Source: Vicugna vicugna (lineage: Eukaryota). From it: a DNA stretch of 64,000 bases. A program made the translations under genes and the position numbers. Under the pieces are notes generated by a model that searched no databases, was not told the DNA's origin, and saw only the letters and a program-made list of their open reading frames with translations. This document shows, piece after piece, positions 13,600-25,267 of this stretch; position 1 is the first letter of the stretch, and each line of letters begins with the position of its first letter. The stretch lies in contig MU061579.1 in NCBI GenBank assembly GCA_013265495.1, positions 6,012,963 through 6,076,962 of the forward strand. Direction: 5' to 3'.

Positions 13600-14250
13600 A
13601 ATAGTGAAACTTTAAATGTCCTGCTTAGGCTGTTCATGATTACGCCAAAGAGTTTTCCAGCTGTCACGAATGCGGGAAAACCAGGGGCAGGGAAAAGTAA
13701 AATGTCACTCGGGGATCCTCCGAGAGTGACGGAATGAGTGAGCTGAATCTTTTAGATGTATAGCAGTGGTAATTACAGACACTTGTAACAGTGTATGGCG
13801 ATGCGGTTTTCCATCATGTCATATCAAGTTAGGTCTTGAAAAGAGAGCAAATTATTGCATGATCACTGGCATCTTGTTGATAAGCAGCAGGGGGTTAATG
13901 CTCAGCCTCCATCTCATGTGTTGAGAGCATCTGTAGAAAAGGCAGCTGGCAGTACAGCAGACCATGGAGGAGAGCAATAAAGTTTTAGTTTCAACCCAAG
14001 TGAAATTAGACATGTCAACCAAATGTTTGCTATTAATCTATATTGCCTGATTTGCATCTTACTATACCACATGTCAGGGTTTCTCCCAATTGGCATTGCC
14101 TGATCGTGATAATTTGATATTTGCAGAGCATCAGCAGTGAAGTCAGCAACAGGCAGAACGTAGTGATGGAGAAATTTCATGGGCAGAGACTACAGAGAGT
14201 GCTGAAAAGTAAACAGTAAAGGGGTGACAAATGTTGATTCATAACATTTT
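13600..14250. promoter_or_regulatory. Candidate cis-regulatory (conserved non-coding-like) block
   Basis: No repeat recognised. 8 CpGs between 13643 and 13805, an octamer ATTTGCAT at 14050-14057, TGATAA motifs and an inverted repeat at 13704-13730. Function is inference only. Confidence 0.25.
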
Positions 14251-14889
14251 GTTGGAAAGGATTCGTTGAATTATCCTGCAATGAATTTGAAGAACAATAT
14301 TAAAACAAGGAGGAAAGTGATTTAAAGAAGAATTAAAGAATGAGGTTCTCATTCTGTCAAGAGAGAAGACATGTTGTCCCAGAGTAGCCACAAAGGACCA
14401 CCGTGTTGGACATGACTGTGATTCTGTTCATTAAGCACCTGCAAATTAAAACATAGATACATGTAAAGAATTGATTTGAATACCTTTATGAGAATGCTTC
14501 CCCTTCATGCAAGTTAGAAGTTTCAGAAGGATGAAGAATAAATATTATACCAAAATTTCCATTCAAATCAATCTCATTACTTGTAATAACCATGGGGTGA
14601 AATGGCATAAAAATCAAATTTCATGTTACAAAAAGTACCCAAGTCTCCGAGATTGGTAAATAAATGATATATTTGTTTTGAGTGACATTGGATCTTATAT
14701 AATTCATTCTTCATTGATATTATGTCATAAGACCATGAGGTGAACCCCCAAATTGATTTTCACAGATTACTGAAATGCACTACATAAATTTAGAAATAAG
14801 TATAAGAAAAGTATTTATGAAGTGGGTAATACATTTGAGAAACTGTGCTGTGTACTTTGTAGAGGTCACTACAATCTAACAGTTTGGAT

Positions 14890-15031
14890 TTCATGATTCT
14901 TCTATCACGGAAGAAAAAATAGAGACAAAGATGACTTAAGGTACATTAGGTTAGTAAAAGGGCGAGAAAACACTTGAATCCAGTTCTGTTGGCACTAAAA
15001 CACATACACTTTCTACTATACCACCAGTCTC
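14890..15031 (-). mobile_element. MIR fragment
   Basis: GAAAAAATAGAGAC...CACTTGAATCCAGTTCTG...ACTTTCTACTATACCACCAGTCTC. Confidence 0.6.
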
Positions 15032-17334
15032 AACCAAAAGATATTAAAAATAGAAAGCAAAATGTTTTTTGAAATATTTGGTCTAAGTAGCACAGCTTTG
15101 TCAATACAGGAGTTAAGAGCATTCTCATATGAGTGTCATTCACTGTAGATTTGCATGGCATGCACAGTGTGTATGTAGACTGGTTTATTACTACATAGCA
15201 TATTATATTTTAAAAAATGTATCTCTAAGTAAAGTAGAAATATAAAACCATGGCAAATTGGGGTTTCCTCTAATGCTGGCAATATTAAATTTCTGCTAAT
15301 CATTAAATGGAATCTGTGTACACAGGCACTCTTCCTGTCATCTGTGAGGCACTCACACTTTCATCAGTGTCGTGTTTAAAGCAAATAGAGTCAGGGGATT
15401 TCCTAACCTTTTCAATAATAAGGACTGCTATAAGATTTACTTATCAATTACATATTCCATCCATGAGGTGTGGGATATTGGAGATAATTTCATAGTCAAA
15501 AATAATTTTTAAATGGCAAGCAGCTTTTTTTTTTTTTGCTATTCCATTCTGGGTGTATTGGGGATTTTACATTTATGTGAGGTACACTTTTAAAAATAAG
15601 TAACATGGGAATATTTTAAACATATTAGTGATAAAGAAGGAAAACAGCTATTGACAAGTGCGGCTAAGCACCCACCATATGGATTCTAACATTTTAATTA
15701 TTTTGTTCTTTTTCTTTTTAAAGCAACTCTTAGTGGTAATAATTTTTCAACTAATTAAAGACCAGATGCTACTTAACAAGCTAGACACCCAATTAGGAGT
15801 CTGAAACCTGCTAAACAACCTTTATTGCCAGCCAGCTAGCTGAATCACCTCCTGTCACTGGCATGAAATTGATTATTTTTTGTTTTGTTAAATGCATGTT
15901 GTTGTCCCACAAACTGGATCTCCAGAATGTTTTTCTTTCAGAAGAGATGAATAATCTGACACTCTGTTCAATCTCATTTTTTTCTGGACAAGGTTGAGGC
16001 CTGTAACAAGTTTCTATCTTTGTAAATATAATTATGGAATAGTTGTGGGGAATTATCTTTTGCAGAAAAAAACTTGAAATGCCAAATGTAACCGCATACA
16101 ACAGCTCAGTATTACTCAGTGATTGACAATGAGATAATGATATTATGTAAAATGGTTTTTATATACTCAGGAAAAATATTACCCCCAAAAAAGATAATTT
16201 ATCTCTACATGTAACAAAGAAGCTTGGTTTTAAATGTTAATGACTTTTTAAAATTTCTTTCAAACTATCTTAAGAATATCTTAAATAATGAAATGGGTGG
16301 TGCCAGGATACATTATAAAAAAATAAATCTTCAAAATGCAATTTTATTGTATTCACCATGTTTTTCGCTCTTTGAGAGTTCAAAGAGTTTCAGAGAGTTT
16401 ATCTTACAAAACAAAACCTCCCAAGCTGCTGGAGGAAATAACATATTTAGTATTGATGCTATTGAAAGTTTTTAAATGAAAAATAATACTCCAAATGCGT
16501 TTTTCACTATTTTAAACCATTGTTGCTGGTCAAGACTGAGTAAATAAATCAAATTGGAAACCAGAGATGATTAATCATGCGTGAAACATTGACATTTTCT
16601 TTGACTCATAAAGAGAATTTCTAATATTCTCTCTGAATTGTCCAATGCCTGGTGACTCCCTGCCTGTCAAACACCTTAGAAACAGGTAGAGGGGGTCGTC
16701 TACATGTCACATTTTTAGCTGAATTGAATAATTCTTACTAGCCTGGAAGAGCTTATGCAATGATGGGGTGCCAGGCTGCTACGCAAGAGGTACAAGCGTC
16801 TCCCATTGCTTTCTTTGCTGTGGCAGTTTTCTGTAGCCACATTCCCGCACTCTAAGCACAGTGGATGCTCTGTAAACATGGTTTATCGGCTGCTGTTACA
16901 TCTGCGGTGAGCGACAGTGAGCACATCCAAGGACCTGCTGGCAGCTCTAGCAAGTGGTGAGGACATCTACTGGGTAACAGAGGACTGGAAGCGTTAAAGC
17001 CCTCGGCAGGGGACTGGCTCAGACTCCACAAGCCTGGAGTTGGTTTGGAAAAGATATTAATGAAGGGTGATAATCTAGAGCACATTCTGACTATTTCTTG
17101 GGTGCGGGATGTAAGCAGTGTTTAGGACGTGAATTATGGCTGGGCCTCCACCAGGGTGCCTCCCAGGACCGAGGCTGTGGCTGGAAGGCACCTTCTTGAG
17201 CTGAAAATGTATCTGCCCAATGCTGACTATCACTTACACTAGAGATGGAAATTGTCTTTGTCAGGTGTGCCAGCAGGGAGAGCAACAGTAACTGGAAGTC
17301 AGCTTTCATTCCACAGTTCTTCATGTCTCAATAA

Positions 17335-17900
17335 TGCTGTCATAGCAAATTTTCTAGAAGGCAGGTCAGATCCTGTCACAATTATGCTTAAACACTTTAA
17401 TGACTTTCCACTGCCTATGAGATTGCATTCAGGGTCTTTAGCATGGCAGGCTAACCCTCTGTGGCCCTGGCCTTCTTCTTTTAAACTTCTTGTCTGACTC
17501 AGATTTCCTTAGTTAAAAATATCTCTGTATTACCTGTTTAGCATTTACAATTTGCTAAGTGCTTTTTTATGTACTTTACATATATAAACTCTCTTAATTC
17601 TCAAAATAACCCAATTTCAACTTCTTAAAGATGGAGAAACAAAGGCACAGAGAGGTGAGGTGATTTGCCCAAGGTCATACATCTAGCGGATGGGAGATTC
17701 AAACCCAAATCCACCCAAATCCATGCCCATGCGACTCCTGTAGATGCCCATCTGATTACAAGTCTCCTGATTTTGCATCTGCTATTCCCTCCATCATGAA
17801 TGACTTTCTTCTTCATGGCTGACTGGGCTCAGTCTTCAAGACTCAGCTACAGAATTTCTTTCCCTATAAAGTTGTCTCTGATATTTCAAATGGAGTTGCC
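17335..17900 (+). mobile_element. L2 fragment interrupted by a MIR
   Basis: TCAGATCCTGTCACAATTATGCTTAAACACTTTAATGACTTTCCACTGCC...CTTTAGCATGGCA on the left resumes as TTGCATCTGCTATTCCCTC...TCTTCAAGACTCAGCT after 17765. Confidence 0.65.
17535..17735 (-). mobile_element. MIR SINE
   Basis: AGATGGAGAAACAAAGGCACAGAGAGGTGAGGTGATTTGCCCAAGGTCATACATCTAG...GATTCAAACCCA. Confidence 0.85.
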
Positions 17901-17954
17901 TACTCTTTTTTTTTTTTTTTGAAACCAAGACTAGACCTTGGCAAAAAAAATTAG

Positions 17955-18010
17955 CCACAACCACAGCTACCACCACCACCACCAACAACACAACAACAGC
18001 AATAATAATT
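17955..18010. repeat. Compound (CAC)n/(CAA)n/(AAT)n trinucleotide microsatellite at a MIR tail
   Basis: CACCACCACCACCAACAACACAACAACAGCAATAATAAT. Confidence 0.75.
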
Positions 18011-18190
18011 ACCATGTAACTATCACTTACTGTGGTATTTACCATGCACCTGGCATTGTCATATACCAACTTCAGTCTCCACCAGAGCACTGCACAGTAG
18101 CGTGCCACAGAGAAGTTAAGTGGCTTGCCCAAGGACAGGTAGATAATGAGTGACAGAGCTAAGGTTCAAATCCAGATCTGCCTATGCTGA
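18010..18190 (-). mobile_element. MIR SINE
   Basis: CACAGAGAAGTTAAGTGGCTTGCCCAAGGACA...GTGACAGAGCTAAGGTTCAAATCCAGATCTG. Confidence 0.8.
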
Positions 18191-18204
18191 ATGTGGGACC
18201 ACTT

Positions 18205-18321
18205 GTGAAAAAAAGTAAGAATTTCAAGATGGCTACAGCAGAGTGTTAAACCAAGTGCGGGCTCTTTTAAGCATGAGTACCTCGTCACTGCACTGAATGC
18301 ACACACATTAAGACATCCCTG
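18205..18321 (-). mobile_element. MER45-like hAT-Tip100 MITE fragment
   Basis: The reverse complement reads CAGGGATGTCTTAATG...GCCCGCACTTGGTTTAACACTCTGCTGTAGCCATCTTGAAATTCTTA, matching the recalled MER45 left end. Confidence 0.7.
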
Positions 18322-18459
18322 GAAGGAACCAGTGGGAATGCCACTAAATATTTACTTAGTAAATCACTGGGTATGTTACTGGCTTTAGGACTGAGGTACT
18401 AAATGGATATGCTAATATTGACCTATTCTTGCTTTTCCAGATTAAATCTCACTGGTCTA

Positions 18460-21450
18460 CAATGTATATATTTTTAAGGTGGTACTGGATTTTACTTGCT
18501 AATGTTTTATTTATAATTTGACATCTATATTTCTAAATGCTATTATTATCATTGTAAATATTAAAGTTACATCTGCTTCATTGAAAGCATTCAAAAATTT
18601 CTTTTTCCCTCTCTGGAAAAATTTATTTAGCATTATTACTATGATTATCTAGTCTCTGCAATGTGGTAAGAATTCCTCCATGAAAGCAGCTACATATGGT
18701 GCTGTTTTGAGTAGTATTAGTTGAAAAAAGTTCTTTCATGAAAATAGTTTAGTTTAACCATTCAATCTCTACTCTAGTAAAATTTGGTAAATTTTATTTT
18801 CATTGTATGTTTTTCCTTTAAATTTTCCAGTATAATTTGTATGTACTTATATACAGTAATCTCTCATGATTTTTCTAAAATTTTTTTTCATTGGTTATTT
18901 TCATTTTGTCATTTTTCAACTTATAAATTTGTACTTTCTCCTTTTATGGTTTTATTAGGTTGCCTAATATTTTGTCTATTTTTTTAAAGAATCAGTTTTT
19001 TTTAATTCTAATTTTGTCCTCTTTTCTCTCACTAATCGTGTACCTATTTTTTTCTTAAATCTTTGCATTTACTTTTATTTCATTTTTCTCTTACTAGCTT
19101 TTAAGTATGAATTTATTTGGTGCCTTATCTCCTTAATTCTTTTTATTTTATTTTTTAGAAATTTTATCATTTTCGTTTCTATTTTATCTTTTCCCCTAGA
19201 GCTGTAAGACAGATTTCCCACCAGATGGAAGTGTTGCTTTTTTCTTACTAATAATTCTAGTTTATTGTACTATGATTGAGGAATATGTTTGGATTATTTC
19301 TACTTTATGGATTTTAATGAGGCATTATTTGATACTTAATACGTAATCAATTTGTGAAAACTGAGTACTTGAGAATAAGGTATATTCTGTGTTATTAGCA
19401 TGTAAAGTTTCATATATAAATACATATTACACATATCAATAAAACTTACTTTATTCTTTGCATTATTTAGATTTCCTATATCCTTATTTCTTGTCGACAG
19501 CTTTTCTTGGACTAACCATAGTGTGTTAAAGATGCTAAAGGTTAAAATCTCTTATTATTTATGTGTTTCTGTTTATTTCTCCTTGCACCACCTGCAGCTT
19601 TCATTTTATGTAATTGTGTTATTTGATGCATATACATAATTATTCACATCAACATTATACATTTCATTCTGCAATATTTTGAGGTATTCACCATTGTCAC
19701 TTTTAATGCTTTTTGGTCTGAATGCCACCTCATCTGTATTCAGATTAGAACCCTTGGTTTCTAGTTAGCTTCACTTTACGGTGTACGTTTGTCCCATACG
19801 TTTTTTGCCCACCCTTCTATTTTTAGTCTTAATGAGTAATTTTATTTTACTATGTCTTTTATCTAAAACAGAGTTGATCTTTGGTCAATAAGGCAATTTA
19901 AAATGCTCTTTCTCTCAAGAGGTGAGTTAAGCACATTTGTGCTTTGATGATTGATATGTTACTTCTTAATTGGGTCTAACATTTTACATCTACTTTTCCC
20001 ATCTAAATGCGTTCTGTTTTATTCTCTCCTTTTCTGTTTCTTTTGTCACGTGTGAAGGTTTGGGGTTTCCTTCCAGAGATTACCTTTTTAATAACATTGC
20101 TAACGTTCCTGGTCCTCCTTTGCTTACTTAGTTTCCCCTACAAGTATTCCCTACTTTTCAGAAGTTCTGCTGCCTCTCATCTATGAAAGACCTACGTCAG
20201 TACTTGTTTTCATTACCTGAAAGAAATGTGAAGAGAATTTTCACTTTTATGAAAAAAGGTGAAAAGCGAAAACAGTGCTTAGTCTTTGCTTTGCAGCTGC
20301 AGTTGTAGAGAGGCAGCGCACACCCCAAGCAGTGAGAGTGGCGCCACCCAGCTCCTTCCCCAGGAATTGCACTCAGCATCAAGCCGCCATAGCTTTGAAC
20401 TGTGACTGTGAGCATCTGTGCATCCCTTAGCAACATGTGTTCTAAGATAGTGTCTTCTTGCTCTACACCACTTCTGCTTACGAAAGGTTTCATAGGCATG
20501 CCTTCCTTTCAGATAGTGGGGAAATCTGTACTTGGTTTATCAGTTTACAATGGTACCCACTGTCTCCACCTATTTTTTACATGACCATTGCCGAGCTTAT
20601 TTCAGTTCCTTCTTTACCTTCTCTTTCTCCTTTCTGTAGCATTATTAGTTTTTAATATCAGGGCAGATAACAAATATATTCTATTCTTCTACCCTTGACT
20701 CTTTTCTATATACAGTTAAAATATTCAATAGTCACTCTAAGTTCTTTTGCCAAACATTCCAGAGTCAGCTCTTGGTTGTATGACACTCAATGTTTTTGTA
20801 TATTACACAGAAAGGGCTTTTGGATACAGTATTTCTTGAGTTTGGACATGTTTATATCTGTTCCTATAACCATGATAATTGAAGGAGAGTTTGGTTGGAA
20901 ATAAAATCCTTGGCTCACATACTGCTTTTCTCGAGTGTTTTTTTTTTTTTAATGCTATTGTAAGATCATCTTCAATTGTATGTTATTGTCAAAAAATCTG
21001 CAGTTAAATGATTTTTTTCTATGTAAGTGACTTGGTTTTCTGTTTTTTTTTTTCCTGTATTTTATTGATGTTCTAGGGGAATATGTTATCTTTAAAACCA
21101 AATACTTTTGCTATGTCCTTTGAGATGACAAATCTGAATCAATCTTTCCAGGTACCCCAGGTATTTTAATATATAATTGCAAGTCTTTTAGTTTCATGGA
21201 GTTTTCTTGGAAAATAGTTTTAAGTATTAATTCCATTGCATTGTTTGGTTTTTCTGCACTGAATTCAGGTATGTTTGACTTTTTTCTTTATTAAAAATTA
21301 CTACTCTCTGTGATCTTTTTAGCTATTTTTAAGGTTTTGTTTTCATAAATATTCTCATATCTTGCCGAAAATCCATTTATTATATTTTCAGTTGATCTAC
21401 TTCTAATTTAATCTTAATTGCTAACATTATTTTGCCTTTTCCTTCAGTAA
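18460..21450 (-). mobile_element. Very old, fragmented L1/HAL1-like LINE
   Basis: T-rich + strand with degenerate L1 antisense blocks (TGGATTTTACTTGCTAATGTTTTATTT, GTACTTGAGAATAAGGTATATTCTGT, GAGTTTGGTTGGAAATAAAATCCTTGG). Interrupted by unrelated GC-richer sequence near 20200-20460. Confidence 0.6.
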
Positions 21451-22550
21451 TTTCTTATGTCCAGTACACTCTTGTTTGACAAGAGTGTATTTTTTTTACT
21501 CCTATTTTTTTAACTCTTTTTTTTTTCCTTCTCATCCTGTCCCCTAATAAGAGCTCTGTACCCAGAGCCCTCCATGGGCCCTCCGTGCCCCATTCCTGCC
21601 TTTCTCCTAGCAAACCCCACTCCCGGAAGCAGTCATCAAATTCCTCTGTCTCTGATCCAAATCCTAAACTTAAAATGTGAACCTTGATCCAAATTCCTTC
21701 GAGAAATAAGAGAATGGATGAGTCCTTCTCTCTCTTAATCCCAGTGCAATGAAAATTAAGCATAAGATTGAGCTGGAGGAGCCTCTGTCTCTGCCGTGTG
21801 TCCAGGGCTTGGATGGGACCCAACAATACGGAGAGAGGGCAAAGGGCAGGGAGGGAGCTCAGCATCCTGGTGACTTGGGGTCTGTCATCCCTCCCACTCT
21901 CCTCTCCCCAACATTCTTGCTGCATGCGGGGCCATTATGCCATTATGCTATTAACCAAAATGACAACATATAGATAAGGGAACGTATGGATTGGTATGCA
22001 GCCATCAGCATTCTCTGGCTGTATGAGGGAGCAGAGTCCTAATATTTAGTGTTCTTGGGCCTCAATTCACTCCTCGTGAGGTTGCAGCTGAGGCTTCTTA
22101 CTTCAGCACTCACTTCTGGATAATGTGAATACATGGCATAAAATGTAAACTGTTCTAAATGTACGATCAAATTCTGTCTCAAACTTGTTTCTCCACACTT
22201 CCTGGATCAAACTGATAAACATTATTTCACTTCTCTTTTGTGTAGATCACAGTTTCACAAATCTTTTCTCCTGAACAGCTTTTATTGTCATTTACATAAA
22301 CACACAAAATTATTTTTTTACTTTTCTAACAATGACTAAAATAGGGCAAAATAACTAACTTTGAGGGCCCTTGCACAATATTGTGCAAGGAGAATACAAG
22401 CTTGGTGAGAACTCACTGGGCTGATGAGTCACTACTAGGCCCCCGTGATCTCAACCATGGGATGGAAATGAACAGTTGCAGTTGGGGGCAGGGTTGGTTC
22501 AGAACCGCTGCTTGTGTTTTAAATCTCAGGCAGAGGGTCACAGCTAGGAC

Positions 22551-23062
22551 AGTAACAGGGAAGAATGAATCTGATTCCATATTGGATCTGTTTTTTTTAC
22601 TTTAACCTTTGTATTCTATTGCTTTTGCTGTAAGTTGAGAATGTTTCCTGTAGCCTGAAATATACAGGCTAGCCCACTCTCAAGGCTCTGACCTTGAAAG
22701 GTATAACACTTTTCATTCGCATAGAGATCATAAGTTGCAGAACAGAGAATATTTGTCTTGGAGTTTTACAGGAATATCGTGACCAGACCTACATGGACAG
22801 CGGCAAGAACAAAGGATTATCACACGCCCTCGGGGGTCTGCCAGGCACCAGCAAGTTTGCAACAACCAGCCATGCCCCCTCCCCTTTTAGTATAAAAGAA
22901 GCCTGAATTCTAACTCAGGTAAAATGGTTCTTTGGGACACTAGTCCACTATCTTTTCAGTCTGCTGACTTTCCAAATAAAGTCACTATGTCTCGCCCCAA
23001 CAACACACCTCAATTTATGGACCTGTCGTGTGGTGAGCAGTACAAGCTTGGGCTCAGTAACA
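22551..23062 (+). mobile_element. Solo ERV1 LTR (MER41-like), 512 bp
   Basis: Ends are (a)GTAACA...GTAACA, with a 4-bp TSD GGAC at 22547-22550 and 23063-23066. TATAAAA at 22891 and AATAAA at 22975. The MER41 assignment is from recall. Confidence 0.85.
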
Positions 23063-23424
23063 GGACCCACATATGTTGGAAATCCAACCCAAGCTTCACC
23101 AACTGGCATCAGTCAGGCACATCTAGATGGGACTGGAACACCACCACCGTAGGCTCAGATGCCCTTCCCCACATCCCCTAAGGCAATGTCCTCTTCCAGT
23201 AACCCCTGTAGGGAGAACTGGTCTGAAAACCAAGGACAATGAAAGCGGAGACCTCTCCATAAACAAGGAGCAAAGCTTCCCACCCTGTCTCATGATTTTC
23301 CTCCTTCAGTGTCAATATGAGTCCAAGGGAAGTACATTTCACCATGATTTAGGGCTGCTTATATTTTTAAGGGGATGAGAGGAAACTTATAAGCTAATAG
23401 AAAATTACCAGTTAAAAATTTTCC

Positions 23425-23950
23425 AATACTGTAATACTCAGCCATAAAAAAATACAAAATAATGCCATTTGCAGCAACATGGATGGACCTGGAGATTGTC
23501 ATTCTAAGTGAAGTAAGCCAGAAAGAGAAAGAAAATACCATGTGATGTCACTCATATGTGGCATCTAAAAAAAAGAAAAAAGAAGACACTAATGAATTCA
23601 TTTACAAAAAAGAAACAGACTCAGACATAGTAAACAAACTTATGGTTGCTTGGTGGGGAAGGGGCTGGGAAGAGACAAACTGGGATCGTAGGATTTGCAA
23701 ATATTAGCTACTATATATAAAATAGATAAACACGTTTCTTCTGTATAGCACAGTGCACTATATTCAATATCTTGTAGTAACCTATAATAAAAAATAATTT
23801 GAAAATGAATATATGTACGTATATGAGATGACTGAAACATGCTTTACGCCAGAAATTGACACATTGTAAACTGACTATACTTCAATAAAAGTTTTCCAAT
23901 TAAAAAATAAAATAGTTTAAAACATTAGATTAAAAATAAAAAATAAATTA
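23425..23950 (+). mobile_element. 5'-truncated L1 (end of ORF2 plus 3' UTR)
   Basis: ACTCAGCCATAAAAAA...ATGCCATTTGCAGCAACATGGATGGACCTGGAGATTGTCATTCTAAGTGAAGTAAGCCAG (MPFAATWMDLEIVILSEVSQ), then the 3' UTR, AATAAA and an A-rich tail. Confidence 0.9.
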
Positions 23951-24321
23951 AAGTTTTCCACTACCATTATAGGAAAAGTTCCAGTACAACTTAGGAAAGT
24001 TCACACAGTGAAAATTTTGGAATTAAAGTGAATATGGAGGAACAGAGAGGGACATGGTTGACGTTTCAGTGGGAGTGTAGTGATGCATCTCTGGGTGGAA
24101 AGACCTATCACCAGAAAAGAGGTATGAGGAAAAGTCGGAAATCATGGGTGTGTGGGATCCACAGGGGAATTCAAGGAGAGTTTCTGCTGAGCCATGGCCT
24201 TAGAAGACCTGTATTTGTAGATAACAGGGAGGCATGGAAAGCTCTTTAGTCTTTGCAAGAGAAACATCATCTCTTAGGGGGCAAAACAAAGGCCTGCACT
24301 CATCTCACCCTTTGAAGAGGA

Positions 24322-24480
24322 GCTTTTCCACGTTGATTGTGCTTTAGAACCACCTGAGGCCTTCAGAACTCCCATGCCGCAGCTCCAACTTTTATCACGT
24401 GAGAATCTCGGAAAAGCGACCCCATCAGGAGTGTTAAACCCTCTCCAGGTAGTTACTGCAGCCTGGGTGCGACTCAGTTA
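24322..24480. mobile_element. Degenerate MER5-family MITE
   Basis: TTGATTGTGCTTTAGAACCACCTGAGG...CTCTCCAGGTAGTT...GCAGCC. Confidence 0.45.
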
Positions 24481-25201
24481 CTAAAGTCCCGGCCTCCCTG
24501 GAGCAAGACGAGGTAGGAATGGCCCAAGGAGGCCCCAGGCACTCGAGTGCAGCTCCTGGCAAAGTGCAGGATGTTCCTCTGGAACAGCAGATTTCATCCC
24601 AGGGTGGCTCTTAGAATCGCCGAGGGAGATTTCCACAAACACAAATGCCTGGGACCCAGCCCAAAATAATTAAGTCTGAATCACAGAGGCTGGCCTTCAA
24701 AATGCCTTCCAACTGATTCTATTGTAGAATCAGGGCTGGGACGCTGTTTTGCAGCTGAATTCACTTGTAGGATCTGCAGTTTCACCGAGCTTATAGACCA
24801 ACGGAAGAGTTTCGCTCGACCTGGAAGTTATGTTAAACCGTTGAAAGTGTCCATCAACGTTGAGGGTAGAACAAAGGGAAATACCTCTGAGGGGTATCCT
24901 TGTCTAGAAAGTCACTCTATGCGCTGACTGACTGCCTGAGACCCACGTCAGGAGGATGAGCAGCCTGATTATGAGCACTGCTGAGTGATAGGAGAGGAGC
25001 GATCACCTCCAAGACCTTTAATAGTGAGCGGCCCTCCTGTGGGCTTCAGAGACCACACGAAGCAGCGAGGAGCTCAGGCTTCTACTACTCTCCGGGAGCT
25101 CCTGACTCTCTCGAACTCCAGCAGGGAAGAGGAAATGCCCGCTCTCTGCAGGCCCTGTGGCTGCAGGGAAAAAAAACTGAAGAATAAAATAGAAGGTAAG
25201 T
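24330..25201 (+). promoter_or_regulatory. CpG-retaining segment; candidate promoter/first exon ending at a consensus 5' splice site
   Basis: About 27 CpGs in about 810 bp (hand count), far above the window background. E-box TCACGTGA at 24395, ETS-like ACGGAAG at 24801, CRE half-site CACGTCA at 24944, and AAG|GTAAGT at 25195/25196. Confidence 0.35.
24600..24747. mobile_element. Degenerate MER5-family MITE
   Basis: TTAGAATCGCCGAGGGAGATTT...AAATGCCTGGGACCCAGCCC...CTGAATCACAGAGG...CTGATTCTATTGTAGAATCAGGGCTGGGA. Confidence 0.55.
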
Positions 25202-25267
25202 TAAGAGGGAAACTGCTTTCTGTGTGTTTGTGGGACAATAGCTGGGTTGGCTTTCATTTTATTTCAC

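Noticed and set aside
14127..14219. Possible + strand exon after TTTGCAG (SISSEVSNRQNVVMEKFHGQRLQRVLKSKQ*)
   Set aside because: Weak pyrimidine tract, no convincing donor and no recognisable protein.
16855..16935. miR-30-like words (TGTAAACAT, TGCTGTT, GACAGTGAGC)
   Set aside because: The words are in the wrong order, and the mature miR-30 sequence (TGTAAACATCC...) and its star arm are absent.
17145..17162. CTCF-like motif CCACCAGGGTGCCT
   Set aside because: It mismatches a highly conserved G and the 3' end of the core.
17836..18153. ORFs with poly-Val and poly-His/Asn runs
   Set aside because: They are translations of a trinucleotide microsatellite and a MIR.
21455..21925. Longest ORF in the track (156 aa, minus strand)
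   Set aside because: No recognisable domain, and the Lys-rich end comes from T-runs. The length is within what chance can give in a 64-kb six-frame scan.
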